Positions 25,060 to 38,764 of a stretch of DNA of 64,000 bases are shown here, piece by piece (positions within the stretch are counted from its first letter, which is position 1; the number at the start of each line of letters is the position of its first letter). The notes under the pieces were generated by a model. That model did not search any database. It was not told where the DNA came from and saw only the letters and a program-made list of their open reading frames with translations. The position numbers were made by a program, and so were the translations under genes. Source of the DNA: Phoronis australis (lineage: Eukaryota; Animalia; Phoronida); the NCBI GenBank assembly GCA_002633005.1, contig NMRA01000899.1, forward strand, positions 1 to 64,000, given 5' to 3'.

Positions 25060-27560
25060 AAATTATCGAAGAAGTAAGCTTTAAGCCTTGACAGGGAGCT
25101 ACGGGAACAAAAAAAATAATCGACTTGCCGAGCTAAGGCAAAATAAGTTAAGAGATCTTATGTCTAGGTCGAGAGCAAGATGGATTGAAGAGGGTGAAAA
25201 GCCTTCCAAATATTATCTTCACTTGGAAAATAGGCATTACACAATTAAGGTTTTGCCTTTTTGGTGGAAGTCTGACAATATTAAATCCAATAGTGAAGAA
25301 GAGGTTATTAGGGAAACCAAAACTACTTATGAAAATCTATACAAATATAGACAGTCTAACAATACTGCATTAGAAACTCTTCTTGATAAGGTTTGTGTCT
25401 CCAAAAAGAACGAGACAGAAAAGGAAAAGTTAGAAGGTCTTCTAAGAAGTCACACGATGCTTGAAAAAATGAAAAACAACAAGAGCCCAGGTTCTGGTGT
25501 TTTTTCAGTAGAATTTTGGAATTTTTTCTGGGCTGACATTGGACATTTCGTTGTTCGCTCACTTAATACTGGTTTTGTTGTTGGCCAGTTATCATCAACA
25601 CACAAAGAGGGAGTTATCACCTAAGGGAGCAGATAAAAGTAAACATTATTTGAAAAACTGGAGACCCATATCCTAACTCAATGTGACATATAAATTGGCT
25701 TCTTCGGCTGTGGCTGAACGGTTAAAATCCGTTTTAGGAAAAGTAATCAGTAAGGACCAGACAGGTTTCGTTTCTGGAAGAAATATGAACGAAAACATCC
25801 GCGTGCTGTATGATTTAATGTTTTATGCCAACGCAGCTAACAAACCTGGATTGCTTTTACTGATTGATTTTGAAAGAGTGTTCGATTCATTGTCGTGGAA
25901 TTTTATTGAAAAAAACGTTATCTTTCCATGATTTTGGTTGGTCGATCAGAAGGTGGGTGAAAGTCTTTTACAGTAATATTAAGTCATGTGTTGTCGTAAA
26001 TGGTCACCCATGTTCCTGGTTCATTATTTCACGTGGCTGCAGACAATGTGACCCTTTTGTCTCCCTACATTTTTAAATTGTGCGCGGAGATTTTGGCGTA
26101 TTTAATCAAGAATAATAACGATATTGCTGGTGTATTTGCAGGAAATAATGAATGATTGATTTCACAATATGCGGACGACACATAAAACTGCATTGGATGG
26201 GTCGAATTTGTCATTGACTAGCACATTGAATGTATTAACATTTGTTTGCTACTGTCTCCGGTCTCCAAGTGAATGTGGATAAAACAAAAGCTATATGGTT
26301 TGGAAGTAAAACTGGTAATGATGGCGTGATTCCTACAAAAGAAAGTCTGTCTTGGACAAAAAAATCTTTTAGATTTTGGGGGTGGATTTTGACACTCAAT
26401 TGGATATTATGACGCATAAGAACTTCACTGCAAGTATAACTAAGATCAAGTCTTCATTGAAAAGTTGGAGTTGACGAAATTTAAACGCCGTTTGGTAGAG
26501 TAAAGGTAATTAAAACATTAGCTATTTCTAAACTTGTTATTTTTTTGTTGTCAAGTTTACCAAATCAACCAGTAAAAGTCTAACATGAATTGAATATGAC
26601 ATTTTTAGATTTGTATGGCAGACTCGTTATGATAAAATTAAACAAACTACGGCCTGTTTAGGACTAAATCAAGGGGGAATTCAAATGGTCAATATGCATA
26701 CCTTCAACAAAGCTTTAAAACTCGCAATGGTCCGTAGATATCTTGAAAGCCCTGCGTCTAAAAGTGGTGAATTACTGTACACACTGTACCCGTTCTTAAA
26801 GAATTTTGCTTCATTTGGAGATGACTTTATTAAGTTGAAGTTAACTCTAATTGATAATTCCTATTGGCGCAACGTATTTGGAAGTATGACATCTTCCTAC
26901 AAGAAAATAATTGTTGCGAGTAAAGACGAAATTTTGAATCAACCTTTGTGGTTTAATAGTAACTTGGCGATCGGAGACACAGGTGTTTTTTGGTTTGTAA
27001 AAGGCTTAAGATTTATTTGAGATACGTATACCTCTGATGGTGATTTTGTTAGTTTGAATCATGTGAAAAATAGTTTCGATGTGAAAACCCACTTTGTAGA
27101 ATATAATGGTGTTGTTTCTGTTCTAAGAAGTTTCAAAAAAATCTTTTCCAAAGTAAATTTAAAAGTGTTAATGTCTACTCTCCTTGCATGCCTTTAGCAA
27201 TTACTCACTTACTGTACTGTTATTCTTGGACTTTATTTATTTAACATTTTGCTTCTACTAGCCAGACAGTACACTTACAAGGAGAGATGTCACAAAAATA
27301 TACCTAATTTTCACAAGTTCGTTACATGTACCTATGAGTACTCTAATGCTGAAAAATTAATTGCATATAAAAACTTTGTATGTGACAGCTTCTCTGCGAA
27401 ATGGGACAATTTCATTGTTCACGTTAACTACATGTAGAAGTTGGTTACTTTAATACGATATACGAGAATGGTCTCTTCTGAGGTGTGCATGCGTGAATAA
27501 ATGGATGTACTTATTTGTTTGTTTGTTTTTGTGCTTGTTTATAAATGATAATAAACACGT
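25060..27560 (+). mobile_element. L1/Tx1-clade LINE, 5'-truncated, frameshifted ORF2 (in PTP intron)
   Basis: Motifs in shifting frames: RSRARWIEEGEKPSKYY, NNKSPG, NWRPI, DQTGFVSGR, LIDFERVFDS, GCRQCDP, SQYADD, QPLWFN. AATAAA near 27550. Confidence 0.9.
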
Positions 27561-27753
27561 AAAACATCCAGTAGAGTCATGGAGTGGTCTAATAGCCGCT
27601 GAAAAACCGGATTAAGTCCACCACGGTGTATCTGTAGCCAAACTGAAGTGACCCCCCATGGAACATGTCAAGATTGGGATATGTTTTACAGGAACGTAAT
27701 TTTATTGGGAAACAATTTAATGCAGTACATGACATAGAATGCTGCGGTGTTAA

Positions 27754-29425
27754 AGGAGAATGCCACCCGATTTGATTAATTTTTTTACCGTCTTAATCGG
27801 CCTATTACCACATCGCATTACATAAGGTCGACCCTATCTTGCCGAGAGGTGTCGTGTTAACCTGGGATGAAGGTGAAAAACGATGCAGCGACGTCACTGG
27901 TTCATCTGAAGAGTGAATGCCGCTATGTTTCGGTGCATCGTTCCCGCTGGTCCGAAACATGATGTACCGATAAAATCGGTTATATCGTTTTATAGACATC
28001 TTCTACAGCCTAAATTGCTTAGGAAGTGGCTCGCAGTAGTGAAGAATGAAAAGTACGCTGTTAATAGCAAGTATGAGGCAGCGAAACATCTCCGTGTCTG
28101 TGGTCCGCCATTTTGTCGACAGCTTTGTCTGACGAATGCCTGCTTTCCAACGAACTGTCTATACGTTCCGTTGCCTGTGCTGTGCTTGTTCACGGCACAT
28201 TCCTAGTATTTCTTGATCACTGTATTCCGTTTCGAACTGATAGCTTTGAAATATAACGATCCACCCGTGAAGTCTTGGTCGGATGAACACTCGTCCAAGT
28301 CCGGGGATTGCGAGCTGCCATGTTGACGTTCATTGTTCTTTGTGCGTTCTGTTTCAAAATGATTTTTTCTCACCCACCAAATGCTTTTATAAAACTGAAG
28401 CAAAGTCTGTCTCATCAGATACAATTTGTAATGCCTTTGGGGTATTCATGAGTGCAAATGTTTCGAGAAGCAGCATTGAATAAACTACTGCGTTACCGGC
28501 TTTAGATACAATAAAAGTAATTAATTGACCGGGCACCGAGGCCCTGTGAGTGCATGCTAATTCAGTGTTTGCTTACAGAAAGCTGTTGTGAAACAATAAT
28601 TCAATTCTAGACGCTATGGTCACATGTTAGGGTAATCTGTATTTAGATATACAAATACATAATTCAAGTCAGTTTTATGTACAACTTTTGCCCTGACGGT
28701 TTTGTGGTCCGGAGCTGGGGGAACCTGACTTTGCGGCCCCTGAAAAGTATGTAGATTTTCAATTTCGTGGCTAATTCACCAAATTAATTACGTGTACATT
28801 AATTCTTTGGATCACTATTATAGTATTTTCGTGACTGGAGGTTTAGTTTCGAACTTTAGCTGGTTTATGTTCGTGATGTCCAGTCCTGGCGGCAGCGACG
28901 GGCCTGATTGGGTTCCGAGCCACTGGGTGGATAACAAGCGTTTCGTGTGTTTAGAATTGAAAAAATCGCAAGTGTAAAATTACAACACACAGCTATATTT
29001 TCCTGTCAGTACTTCACGGAAGATTGATTCGAATTTATCACCAAACAACCCAAACTTCCGCGATCGACGATGGTAAATTGGCTCACCGAACTCTTTAGGC
29101 CAGGTTACGTTCAAATACCTATAAATCCGTAACAGTGAAATATAAAAAGCTCGTTTGTTCACGAACTCGATGTATTTGTAAGGGTTTTACATCACATTTT
29201 GATGATTTATTAGTGTAAAACGAGGAATTCAGCGATAAGTTGACACCAGTAAGCTTGTTGTGAACGGCTGAACAGACTGCGTTCGAACCGAATACATCAA
29301 GGGTTAATTTCAACACCTCCGTCTGCCGTCAGGTATCAGGTAAAACAACTGAACTTGCTGTTATCGAGTGGTGGTACTCTATCTAAATTGATACAAAATA
29401 TGTTGTTTTTGGGTGGCATTCTCAT
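27754..29425 (+). mobile_element. Kolobok-like non-autonomous DNA transposon with THAP remnant, copy 1
   Basis: TTAA on both flanks. TIRs aggagaatgccaccc / gggtggcattctcat. Decayed THAP (RCIVPA...SFYR...LRKWL...RVCG..F) at about 27925-28115. Confidence 0.8.
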
Positions 29426-29466
29426 TTAAGGTCATTGTTCCTTTGGTACCTTTTTGTGTATTGTAG

Positions 29467-29598
29467 ACCTCTGCCCGGTACTGGGCTGAAGAGGGCGCAG
29501 TTCAGTACGGGCGTTTCAGAATCGAGACCGTGGCTAAAAGGTTCGAGCACAACGAGCTAATAATTCACAGAACGTTTAATTTTATGGACACCAAGACG
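29467..29598 (+). CDS. Receptor-type PTP D2 exon
   Basis: ttgtag|ACC...ACG|gtgagt. Encodes TSARYWAEEGAVQYGRFRIETVAKRFEHNELIIHRTFNFMDTKT. Confidence 0.92.
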
Positions 29599-29772
29599 GT
29601 GAGTATTCCTTATTTGAGTTCCGTATCATAATTGAGATCTAGTTTTAAAAATTCCTGGGATGCCTTTTCAGTTCCCCAGACTTTTTGCTCTTTAAACAAA
29701 CTGTAACTTCCCCAACGTTACGCATCACATGTTCCAAGGTGTGTAAGAGTGAATTGTGCGCTTATTTTACAG

Positions 29773-29936
29773 GCAAGCAGTCCTCCTCGCCAGATCGAGC
29801 AATTTGAACTCACCAACTGGCCCACCAACCAAAGAATACCACCTTCTGCCATTCAGGCAGCACTCATAGAACTATACGACCTTGTGGAAAACCGACTAAG
29901 GAAAACGGACAAGAAGCCAGCTACCGTTCATTGTTT
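29773..29936 (+). CDS. Receptor-type PTP D2 exon (WPD-loop equivalent WPT; TVHC)
   Basis: ttttacag|GCA...TT|gtgagt. Encodes RQIEQFELTNWPTNQRIP...KPATVHC. Confidence 0.93.
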
Positions 29937-30513
29937 GTGAGTACCTGCAGATCTATGGGGGCCTGGTATTCGTATTCCCCCGGGTACGACAAAAAAACGC
30001 AACAATTTCCTGCATCATGCCGTTTCTAAGGGTGACTTGACTTTTTTCTTTCGAAAACTGTGGACGGACCTCCTGTTATGAGTATACATATACCACTGAA
30101 CTTGGACATAGTCCTGGAGAAATTTATGCAAGATTTCCCCAAACCTGTACGTAACCATCCTCTGGCACAAAAATAGGGAAGCTGACACGGTTGACTTTAA
30201 AATTAGAGAAGAAGTTGAATTTTGGCCCCAAGCGTTATTAGTTCGGCAGGTCAAGAGAACTGTGCGTTTCAGTTGACCAAAGGACGAAGTAGCCGAAATA
30301 GTGCTCGATGTGCGAAATTTGCCGAAGCCAAAGAAATGAATCTCAGAAAATCTATTCATCGTCTCCGCATTCAGGGGGAACTGGTTTTCTGTATCACAGC
30401 GCCACCTACATGCAGTACACGGTATTGTGGTCCTGTGAAATGATTTACACACGAAATTCTGTGAGTGGCCATCAGTACCCATGTCGGGGTTTGGACGTCT
30501 GTCGTAGACACAT

Positions 30514-30583
30514 CATGGGCGGCTCACCATAGGGGGCTGAGGGCTATAGCTCCCCCACTTTTTTCAGTGGTGCGCCACCCATG
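30514..30583. mobile_element. 70-bp mini-MITE
   Basis: catgggcggc...gccacccatg with near-TSD cacat/catat. Related decayed units lie at about 6770-6900. Confidence 0.55.
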
Positions 30584-31075
30584 CATATGCTGCTGAAAAG
30601 TCTCTAAAGCATACAGTATAGTTGATCGTTTACTTGTTTTGTCGGGCGTCTTGAAACTGTGCTTGTGCCAATTAAAAAACACGAATTTGTGTAGTATGGA
30701 TGATCTTGTTGTTGAAACGACGGCGAGTCACAACAGATGGGGGCTTGTGAAGCAAGTACATCTACATGTAGGCATTTCTCAACACGAACCAATCGGAATG
30801 TCTGATTGTTATTTGGAACTAACCACATGCATCTGGTGAATATCACTTCGTTTTCAGTTATAAGAAGCTATTTAGAAGATCAATTCCCAGCGTCAAAACT
30901 AGCTAAAATCTAATCTGTTACACCAACTCTTAAGACGAATGCGTTTTGAAAATCATTCTTGTCGGCGATATAACGAGTTTCCCTCGTTCTCTAACATAAA
31001 CCCAAAAATTGTTACGAAATTCTGCTTTCGTCAGACTACGCGGTGCCTTCTGACTTATTCTTGTTCCGTTTACAG

Positions 31076-31211
31076 AGACGGGTGTACGCGCAGCGGTTTC
31101 TTCTGCGCTATGGTGAATCTGTTTGATAAGATCAAATTGGAACAGGGCGTTGATGTTTTCCATACCGTAAAGAGTACACGATCAAACAGACCAGAGTTTG
31201 TCGGCGATATT
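31076..31211 (+). CDS. Receptor-type PTP D2 exon (P-loop HCLDGCTRSG)
   Basis: tttacag|A GAC...ATT|gtaagt. Encodes DGCTRSGFFCAMVNLFDKIKLEQGVDVFHTVKSTRSNRPEFVGDI. Confidence 0.93.
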
Positions 31212-32508
31212 GTAAGTTATATTTCAGCCATGACTCTGTTCAAATCACCTGTCGATGTTGGCCGATAACACCGTTTTGGACGCTTTTATGGGTTTTCTGC
31301 TGTATGTATTATTTGTATATAGTCTGTAATCTGCACCGGTTTGAATATGCGGCGTGTAAGAGGGGTCGTTAGTGAATGAATGCCTGTGTGGGCTTGATTT
31401 AAGGAATCATGGAACGCGAAAACTCGTCAAAATATCTTTTAAACAATTCTCGACGAAAGTACCATATCGCAACGCCTACTTCAGAGTTATTCACTTTTTT
31501 CCCGTGAGGAAATTTCCAGAAAATCACAAAATTCACTATTTTTTTTGAAATATCCGCCACGGAAAAAACTTCTTAGTTACCACAGAGTTTCCAATCTTCC
31601 TCTCACTTACGGTAAATGCGCGTATGCCCTCATTCGACAGCGGACTAAGAAGATAGATACTAAGGTCAGATTATCACGTGGGATTACACGTTGAATCTGA
31701 GATCTATAGCACAGAGTGAGCCAAGCCAGTGAAGCAAGCAATTTTCGAGAAAAAATAATTGGAAGTGCATTTTGGAATGCATGTATGTTTTAATACTACG
31801 ATACCGTTATAACTAATTTTGAACAGTTGGGCCTTACACCAATTGCATCTTACTGGAACGGACTGCTGCTTGAAGTCGCTATTGTTTTGTTTACATCAAA
31901 TGTCAAAGGTCACATTTTCTATATAAGAGAAATGTGCTACGTCTATGTCTTGCCATCCAAATAAAGAGACGTGCTTTGCCCTGAGGTAGAAAAAGCAACG
32001 AAGTGACAAGCAGTTGGCAGATCGTTTTTTTTTTCAGAGAATTGAAACTAAAAGAACAATGCTGTGACATCAACAGAAATTCAAAACCTTTAGGAAGAAA
32101 TTGTAAAATTACTTAGTGAACAGGTTGAATTCTGTTTCAGTAGCACAGAACTATTTTGACTAGTGCAATTTTGTCCTTTTTTCGTTTTCCGGTCCCTTAA
32201 TTGCGCAGGAGGCGGACTCTGAGTTCACGGACACGCACACTTTTTGTGCGGTGGACTGTTTCCATTTTGTAACCGATGTGTTCCGACTTAGCGCGCAAGT
32301 ACACGAACTTTTTGCAATGCCTCAGAGTTGTTACAAAACATTGATTTGAAAGGTACACAATTGTATATTTCGGTTTCTCACCCACGCGCGACACTCGTGA
32401 GACAAAATCAGAAGTGGCTTTGGAACTACAGCGTCATCATTTATACTTGTACGATTTCATTGATTTTGATATGGTTTTGGTTTTGAATATTTTCCTTCTA
32501 TTTTCCAG

Positions 32509-32583
32509 GAACAGTACAAGTCTCTATATTTGATGGCCCAGCGGTTTTTGGAGTCCTTTGAAACTTATGCGAACTTCCGGTAA
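32509..32583 (+). CDS. Receptor-type PTP terminal exon (YANF tail)
   Basis: ttttccag|GAA. Encodes EQYKSLYLMAQRFLESFETYANFR*, resembling the PTPRA/PTPRE C-terminus FSDYANFK. Candidate AATAAA at 33851. Confidence 0.92.
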   Translation, partial: EQYKSLYLMAQRFLESFETYANFR

Positions 32584-35055
32584 TACTCACTGTTGGTGCC
32601 TAAATTGTGCAGCGACATTTTGGACAACGTTGCTATTTGCATTCCGAAGTGCTGTGAACATCCTGATTATGCAGCTGACTGGACGGGAAAATGATGTATA
32701 TGTCACGATACTGGCTGTATTCGAACGGTGAAGTGCACTCTAAGTTTTTCCCGTGGCCGGCCACTCAAAGTTTGTATCATGTGGTCAAAGCTCTATAGGA
32801 GTTACACTTGGTGTTTCATTTGTGGACGTACTTGTGCTCTGTATAACGGTAGAATTCAGTACCATTAGGACCTCGCGAAAAATGTAAGACTTCGCGAAAT
32901 TACGCGAGGTGTTGCCGTGTATTTTCAATAAGAACACGTGATTTTGGCTACATTTTTCTTGCCGAGAGACAGCTACTGGACTCTACCCTGTTTCGTTTCT
33001 TACACGCTACAGTAGTAACACTAGATCAAGAAGTTGGCTCTAAAGTCATGCAGGCGAGACGGCTGAAACTACGATCTGCGCCGTGTCCCGGGGCGAATCA
33101 ACGATGTAGAAAGAGCGGCCTAATGGCAACTTTTAAGGGAAAACGTTTGTGCTACCTTTGAAAACGGCATGCTGGCGCCTTGCCCCTCGTCTCGTAGGAC
33201 GCCGCTCACATTTTACATTTTAGTCTAATACTCTTTACCTTTAATCAGTGGCCCATCCTTCATATATTACGGCCAATCTTCGGGTCAAAGTTTTTTGTGG
33301 GAATGCCTCCAAGTTAGTGCAGTGTGCTTTTTATTATGTTCATACGGATTAGTGCTTTGTTTGACGACCATACTTGGTCACTTATACACGTACTTGTTCT
33401 AGTGCTTAGATTGGTTCTTGGCGTCTGCTGGTTAAGTTGTTGAAAGAAACGATGGTTGGCGACGCAGACTTCGCAGTTTTCAGAATTAGCTTTTAGCTGT
33501 CCTGGTGATGAAACATGTTAAGTGAAACATGAATGTCGAAGAGCGGTGATTTTTATTTATAAACTTGCGGACACAACCGCGTTTTCTTTCTAATATCGTA
33601 TTGTTGGCCTAGTTAAGGTATATTTGGTGTATAGCTTACGCTTTCAATATTGTTATACTGATTGCCCACGTGAGATTGGTGGCGCTTTGCGTCGAGAATT
33701 AAGCAGATTCGCTACTGAAGCTGTTGCCTTATCTAGGGAAAGGTCTACTTGTATGTTTGTTTATTGGTTCGTTTTCTTTCTCCAAGGCTGCTGCTGACAG
33801 CACTCAAACCAATCCTTCTTGGAGAAGGCACAGATTGTGTGAGTTAACGGAATAAATATTGTAGACACGTGTTTCTGTCTGTTTAAGAATTTCATGTAAA
33901 ATTTCAGATCGACTGATAGGGTTCACAGAAGGTCGAGCAAGCTGAAACCCTCCCATCTATTCCGCCCTTAAGAACCCAATAGCTGTCATAAACGTGCATG
34001 AACGTAGAACAGTCTCGACGTGAAATACACAATAAACGACGTGGGAATCACGACTCCCCGCCTGTGACTTTGCTAGTGATGACGCTGAGCGTACATCCTC
34101 GCTCCATTTCTTATAAATTATAAACTACCTTGTCAACCAATCAAAGACATCAATTTTCGCCCAGTTGCTACGATTACAGCCATTGTTCAAGGAGTTCATT
34201 CAGAGTTAGGTGGCCATTTTGGAATACCTAAATCTTAGTTGGCCCATGAAAAGTGCGTCGGTTTTAAAATAGGCATTCAAGAATGTGTTACAATAAGCAA
34301 GTTTTATTATTAATTAGTGTTTAAGTGCGTACTGCGCAACTTTTCAGTGGAAATCCAACACTTGTCCCGGTCTTCCTCTTATGACCAAATAAACGTCCCT
34401 GCACTCTCTGGATTCGAAACGCCACATCTTTACTCAGAAAGGCACCGCCGTCCTTGAAGTCGCAGTAAAGCTTACGAACAAATCATGCAATTCACCCGGC
34501 ATATCGGTTAGACGGTCTTGATTACAAGCGGTAATTTTCTTCGTTTTTCTAAGATTGTGTCACTAGATGGAATGGGCGGGGCGATGGGGGAATTTTACGA
34601 CTGACAATTAGCTTGCCAGAATCTAGTTTTGACGTAGCCTACGTTTGTACCACGACTTTAAACAGTTGTATTACACCGTCGTTCCTGTCGATATGAAACG
34701 AAACTTGAACGTGATCCGTGTTTGAAATGGCATTCTTCTTTACAGTTACCAGTTCCCACTCGTCTCCAGTCGCTTTCGTCGAGTTTTCAGCGGGACTTGG
34801 CAGTCACTGAGAAGGAGCTTGGGGTATAGTCATCAGATTCAATAGTGACAAGTGACTAAAGTCGGGAGTACGGCATAAAGATATCATATACGTCTCAGAA
34901 TTGTTTAGTTATACGCAACTAATCCCAACTTACTTCAATTATCCTGCCATCACCATCTTAGCTTGTTGCTGACGTCATGTTTGTTATCAGCCTGCCCTCC
35001 CAGTGAGAATAGTTGAAATGCGTGTTTGGTGTCTCTAAACCTGTGAGATTTGATG

Positions 35056-35312
35056 CATGCGCGCACCCAGGGGAGCTCGGGGTCTCGAAGGAGCCCCCCT
35101 CCCCCTATTTGGCGAAGTGGACAAAAAGGTCCGCCTCAGAGAAACAAAAAGTCGAGAAAATGAGGCAAAAGTCCACTGAAAAGGCACAGACGCACAGTGA
35201 GGGTGGTACCTCGTTTTTTTATTTTTAATCCTCCCGCTTTTTTGTCAGCAAAAGGTCCACATCGCCAGAAATTCGAGTCCCCCCCCCATATTAAAAGCTG
35301 GCTGCGCAAACG
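35056..35312. mobile_element. Short MITE with 5-bp TSD (related copies at ~45475-45712 and ~62440-62650)
   Basis: catgcgcgcacccag...ctggctgcgcaaacg flanked by tgatg on both sides. The body is the reverse complement of the other copies. Confidence 0.65.
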
Positions 35313-36530
35313 TGATGACGTCATATATGTTAATTATATACCTGACCGCAGGTAGCGCAGCAATTAGTAGGAATAATTGAATTAGTTGACTTTAGTTGAA
35401 TCCAATTATCCCCAAGTTATCTCAACCTTTCCAGCTCTGATTTATTAAACTGATTTAACTAAATGTACCAATTGTAGCGCCATCTGAAGTAGTACTGGCA
35501 TTGTGAGAAATAAAGATCTGAGAGTCACTGGTTTTCCTGCAGGTGGCGCAGCGACTAGTGAGAATAGTTGAATTAGTTGAAATGCGTATTTGGTGTGTCT
35601 CAAGTTGCGAGCTTTGCCCGTTAATAGTGTACCCGGTTGCTCAATGGCACAAACGATGACTTTCCAAATTCATCCACAATTTGACAAATTGGTTTCCATT
35701 TCTAGACAACTCTCATGGTGTCAATAAATAAAACGGCGAAAACTCAACTTTTGATAGGGTATGTGAACCACCCAGTCAATGTCAATCGACACTTTGTCTC
35801 CTTTTAATGGTACACTGTACAGGTAGAAATAAATTGCATGGTACCTTTGTCTCTGGGCATTTTGTGATTTATGCTTTAGGTCATGCATAAAGGAATTAAA
35901 TGCCGTAGATTAAAATTAGCGCTCTCTTGTAGAACGGTGATGCACTACTTCCATTTTGTGGATTTCATTTTCTTAAAACTGTGTTCACCTACAGTATGAT
36001 AAAAATATCGGTGCTACATGTTTCAAATTGTCACAAATTTCCTGAATTTAAACACGAATGAAATGTATCCATTTTCTAATTTCTACGAAATAACTAGCAA
36101 AAAAACACGATACACTAATTTTTCTAGTAATTTATATGAATTTAGGCACCATATGGAAAGAGATTACAATTGCATATTAACAAATAACAAAAAACACGAA
36201 TGAAACCATGACACCAGCACAATATCTAACTGTTCTCTTTCTTCCAAGTTTCTGCGTTGGCTCGTGAAAGTGAAGATTTTTTCTTTAACCATAGTCGAGA
36301 ACCGCTTTAGAAGTCATGAACCATCTGAACAGACTGGTACCTTCACTAAGTAGACTACAACATTAAAGATGAATAAGCTGATTATTACACGAAGTTAATC
36401 AATTCCTCTTAGCCCAAAGATTTTGTCTTGTATGACCTGAGCTGCTGGTTGTCACTTGACCGGATGTTATGCCCACGTGACTGTGGGATAACAATACCGA
36501 CCGTTACTCAAAACGTTCGCTTCGACGGGA

Positions 36531-37291
36531 TTATGTTCCATGTATTTGAATTCTATAAAGTAAAGTGTCCAACTCAATCATTTCTTGGGCACCTACTTTA
36601 TGAAACGTCACGGGATAGCGACTTATGCCTCCATGTTCTGAGGGTACATTTCCCAAATTTACCCTATGTTTTCTGTATACTTCCAAGTATTGATTTAACG
36701 CGTGTCTTTTGGGTGTAGCGTACAGGAACCTCTCGTTACCATATGCGTCGGTCGTATCAAGCAAAGAGACATTCAGTCGCTGTAAGCACCATGCAAGCAT
36801 TATGTCCTCTGTCGCTATATCCCAATGCACGCAGGCTTTGCGGTGAAGTAAACCGTAACGACGCACTGCTTCCCTGCTCAGTATGTAACCACTTCCACCG
36901 TGGAGATAATCACGGATCTGACCAGAGTCGTTTCTAGACATGCGCAGGCCGAACGCCACGGGGCTGTTGGGATTTTTGTCCGACAGGAAATGGCGTAAGT
37001 TTTCAGCAATGACGAACGTGTCGTCGTCCACTTTAAAGAACCAATCATAGTGGTTCAATTCACTGGCATACAGGTACTCGTAGGCGGCAAACGTTTTGAT
37101 AGTTAAATGTCGTAAACCTTCCTTTACCTGGAGACCGATGGTTGGAACACTAGAGTCATTGACGGAACTCATAAACAAAAGTTTGTCTACTCTTCTTCCC
37201 CAAGTTTTCTGAATGGCTTTGCAGCTTGTGTTGTGTGTTTTGGGATAGGTTAGCACCCATACTAATGTCTTGCCTGTGTTGTCTGAAGCAC
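36531..37291 (-). CDS. C1GALT1: Glycoprotein-N-acetylgalactosamine 3-beta-galactosyltransferase 1-like (GT31/Fringe), exon 2 (catalytic)
   Basis: Acceptor ttcaacag|GT, phase 1. Motifs VWVLT, AIQKTWG, YDWFFKVDDDTFV, ENLRHFL, YLHGGSGYILSREA, EDIMLAWCL, RF, TFH. May be a paralogue rather than the strict orthologue. Confidence 0.93.
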
Positions 37292-37399
37292 CTGTTGAAG
37301 AAGAAGAGTATTAAGGCAGAGTCAAGTGCGTCACAGCGACAAAGAATGGTTGCTTATTTTTCAACTATTACCATGATAGTTGGATCCAGTTGACTGTCA

Positions 37400-37668
37400 A
37401 CATCTGCTGTGTTCGATCTCCTCATTAAGAACACGCAAGACAAATTTCAAGAAGACCAAAAGAACTGTATGACAATTTGACACAAGAGGTGCCATTGATT
37501 TGGTGAATCCCTGTTGTGCTTTCCTCAATATGAGCAAATTTACTATATTCATCAAGATCCTGTGACGGGTTTAGGAGATACAGCTGTGGACGCCGGACGA
37601 CGGACATCCAGGCATAGATGACGGCAATATGCACCCACGTATAAATATGTGGGCGCATACAAAATGAC
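37400..37668 (-). mobile_element. DINE-1/Helentron-like (HINE) 5' fragment
   Basis: Reverse-complement similarity to 54024-54200 (atgcgcccacatattta...gtgggtgcat, gtcc units). Confidence 0.6.
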
Positions 37669-38274
37669 CACGAATATAGTAGCCTAATATACTGTAAAGG
37701 TGTCGTTATCTTCTTAGCAGAAACCTTTACCAAATTTCACAATAACCTGTCACAGCCGGGGTATAGATATATATAGAGGCAAACGTAAACAACTGAAATT
37801 TCCAGTCAGGACACACCGGTCATTCAGATTCGTCCGAAAGTAGATTTCGCTTGCCAAGAAATTACTCCGAGGAGTTCAGGAAACGTCACTGCGTTAGGAT
37901 ACCCAACATGTGCTACCACACAACATGCATGAGCTGGCGGATGAAAATGTGGCATAACAGGATTTTGTCTTAATGAACTGACGAACGATTTCGACCGTAT
38001 TTTCTGGGATTCTGTGTAACAGGATTCGTTAACTAATCACACGTGTGTATAGGAAGACAGGAAAGCTGGAGGATTTTTTGATGCACATGAATCGATTTGC
38101 AATTATTTGCCCGTTTAGGACACGAAGAGATACCGCGAACAAGATTTGTTTCTAACATTGTAAGGCCTTCCTATTTTAAATTGAGCTTCGGTCTAAACGG
38201 AACCCTGCTGCTGGTTTACAGTATAAGAAACATTATAATGCATGTATTAAATATTGTTTTATGAACCGATTTAC

Positions 38275-38434
38275 CTGAGTATCTTCCAAGCCAACGATGA
38301 TGGATTGCCCGTCCTGCGTTCCTTAGATCGACATCTTTCCAAGCGTTCAAGACAATTAAAGTTATAACGAAGAAAGCTCCTAGTGCAAGAGCTATCGACC
38401 GGCGATGCCTGAACAAAGCAACCCTCACACGCAT
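38275..38434 (-). CDS. C1GALT1: C1GALT1-like exon 1 (cytoplasmic tail and type II transmembrane helix)
   Basis: Encodes MRVRVALFRHRRSIALALGAFFVITLIVLNAW... with donor G|gtaaat, phase 1, in frame with exon 2 (306 aa total). An acceptor just upstream of the ATG suggests a 5'UTR exon. Confidence 0.85.
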
Positions 38435-38461
38435 GCTGCTGGAAGTAGAATTTTTGTCACC

Positions 38462-38712
38462 ATTAGATTTTAATAGAAACTTGAGTAGTGACAATGCTTA
38501 CAATGTACTCGGTGGATCAACGATAAGAAATGGGAACTGGGGTGGGGGGCGACAGCCAAAACAGTTTTGTTTTCGTAACTACCGTCACTATTGGTATTAG
38601 ATTTTAATAGAAACTTGGGTAGTGATACTGCGTACAATGTACTCGGTGAATCAACGATGAGAAAATTAATGGGAACTGGGGTAGGGGGCAGACAACCAAA
38701 GTAGTATTGTTC
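38462..38712. repeat. ~135-bp tandem duplication
   Basis: attagattttaatagaaacttg...aatgggaactggggt occurs twice (~38462 and ~38597). Confidence 0.8.
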
Positions 38713-38764
38713 TAGAAATTATATTTACCGTAGGATTTTTCGACTTTAATTGTCGATCCTGAAT

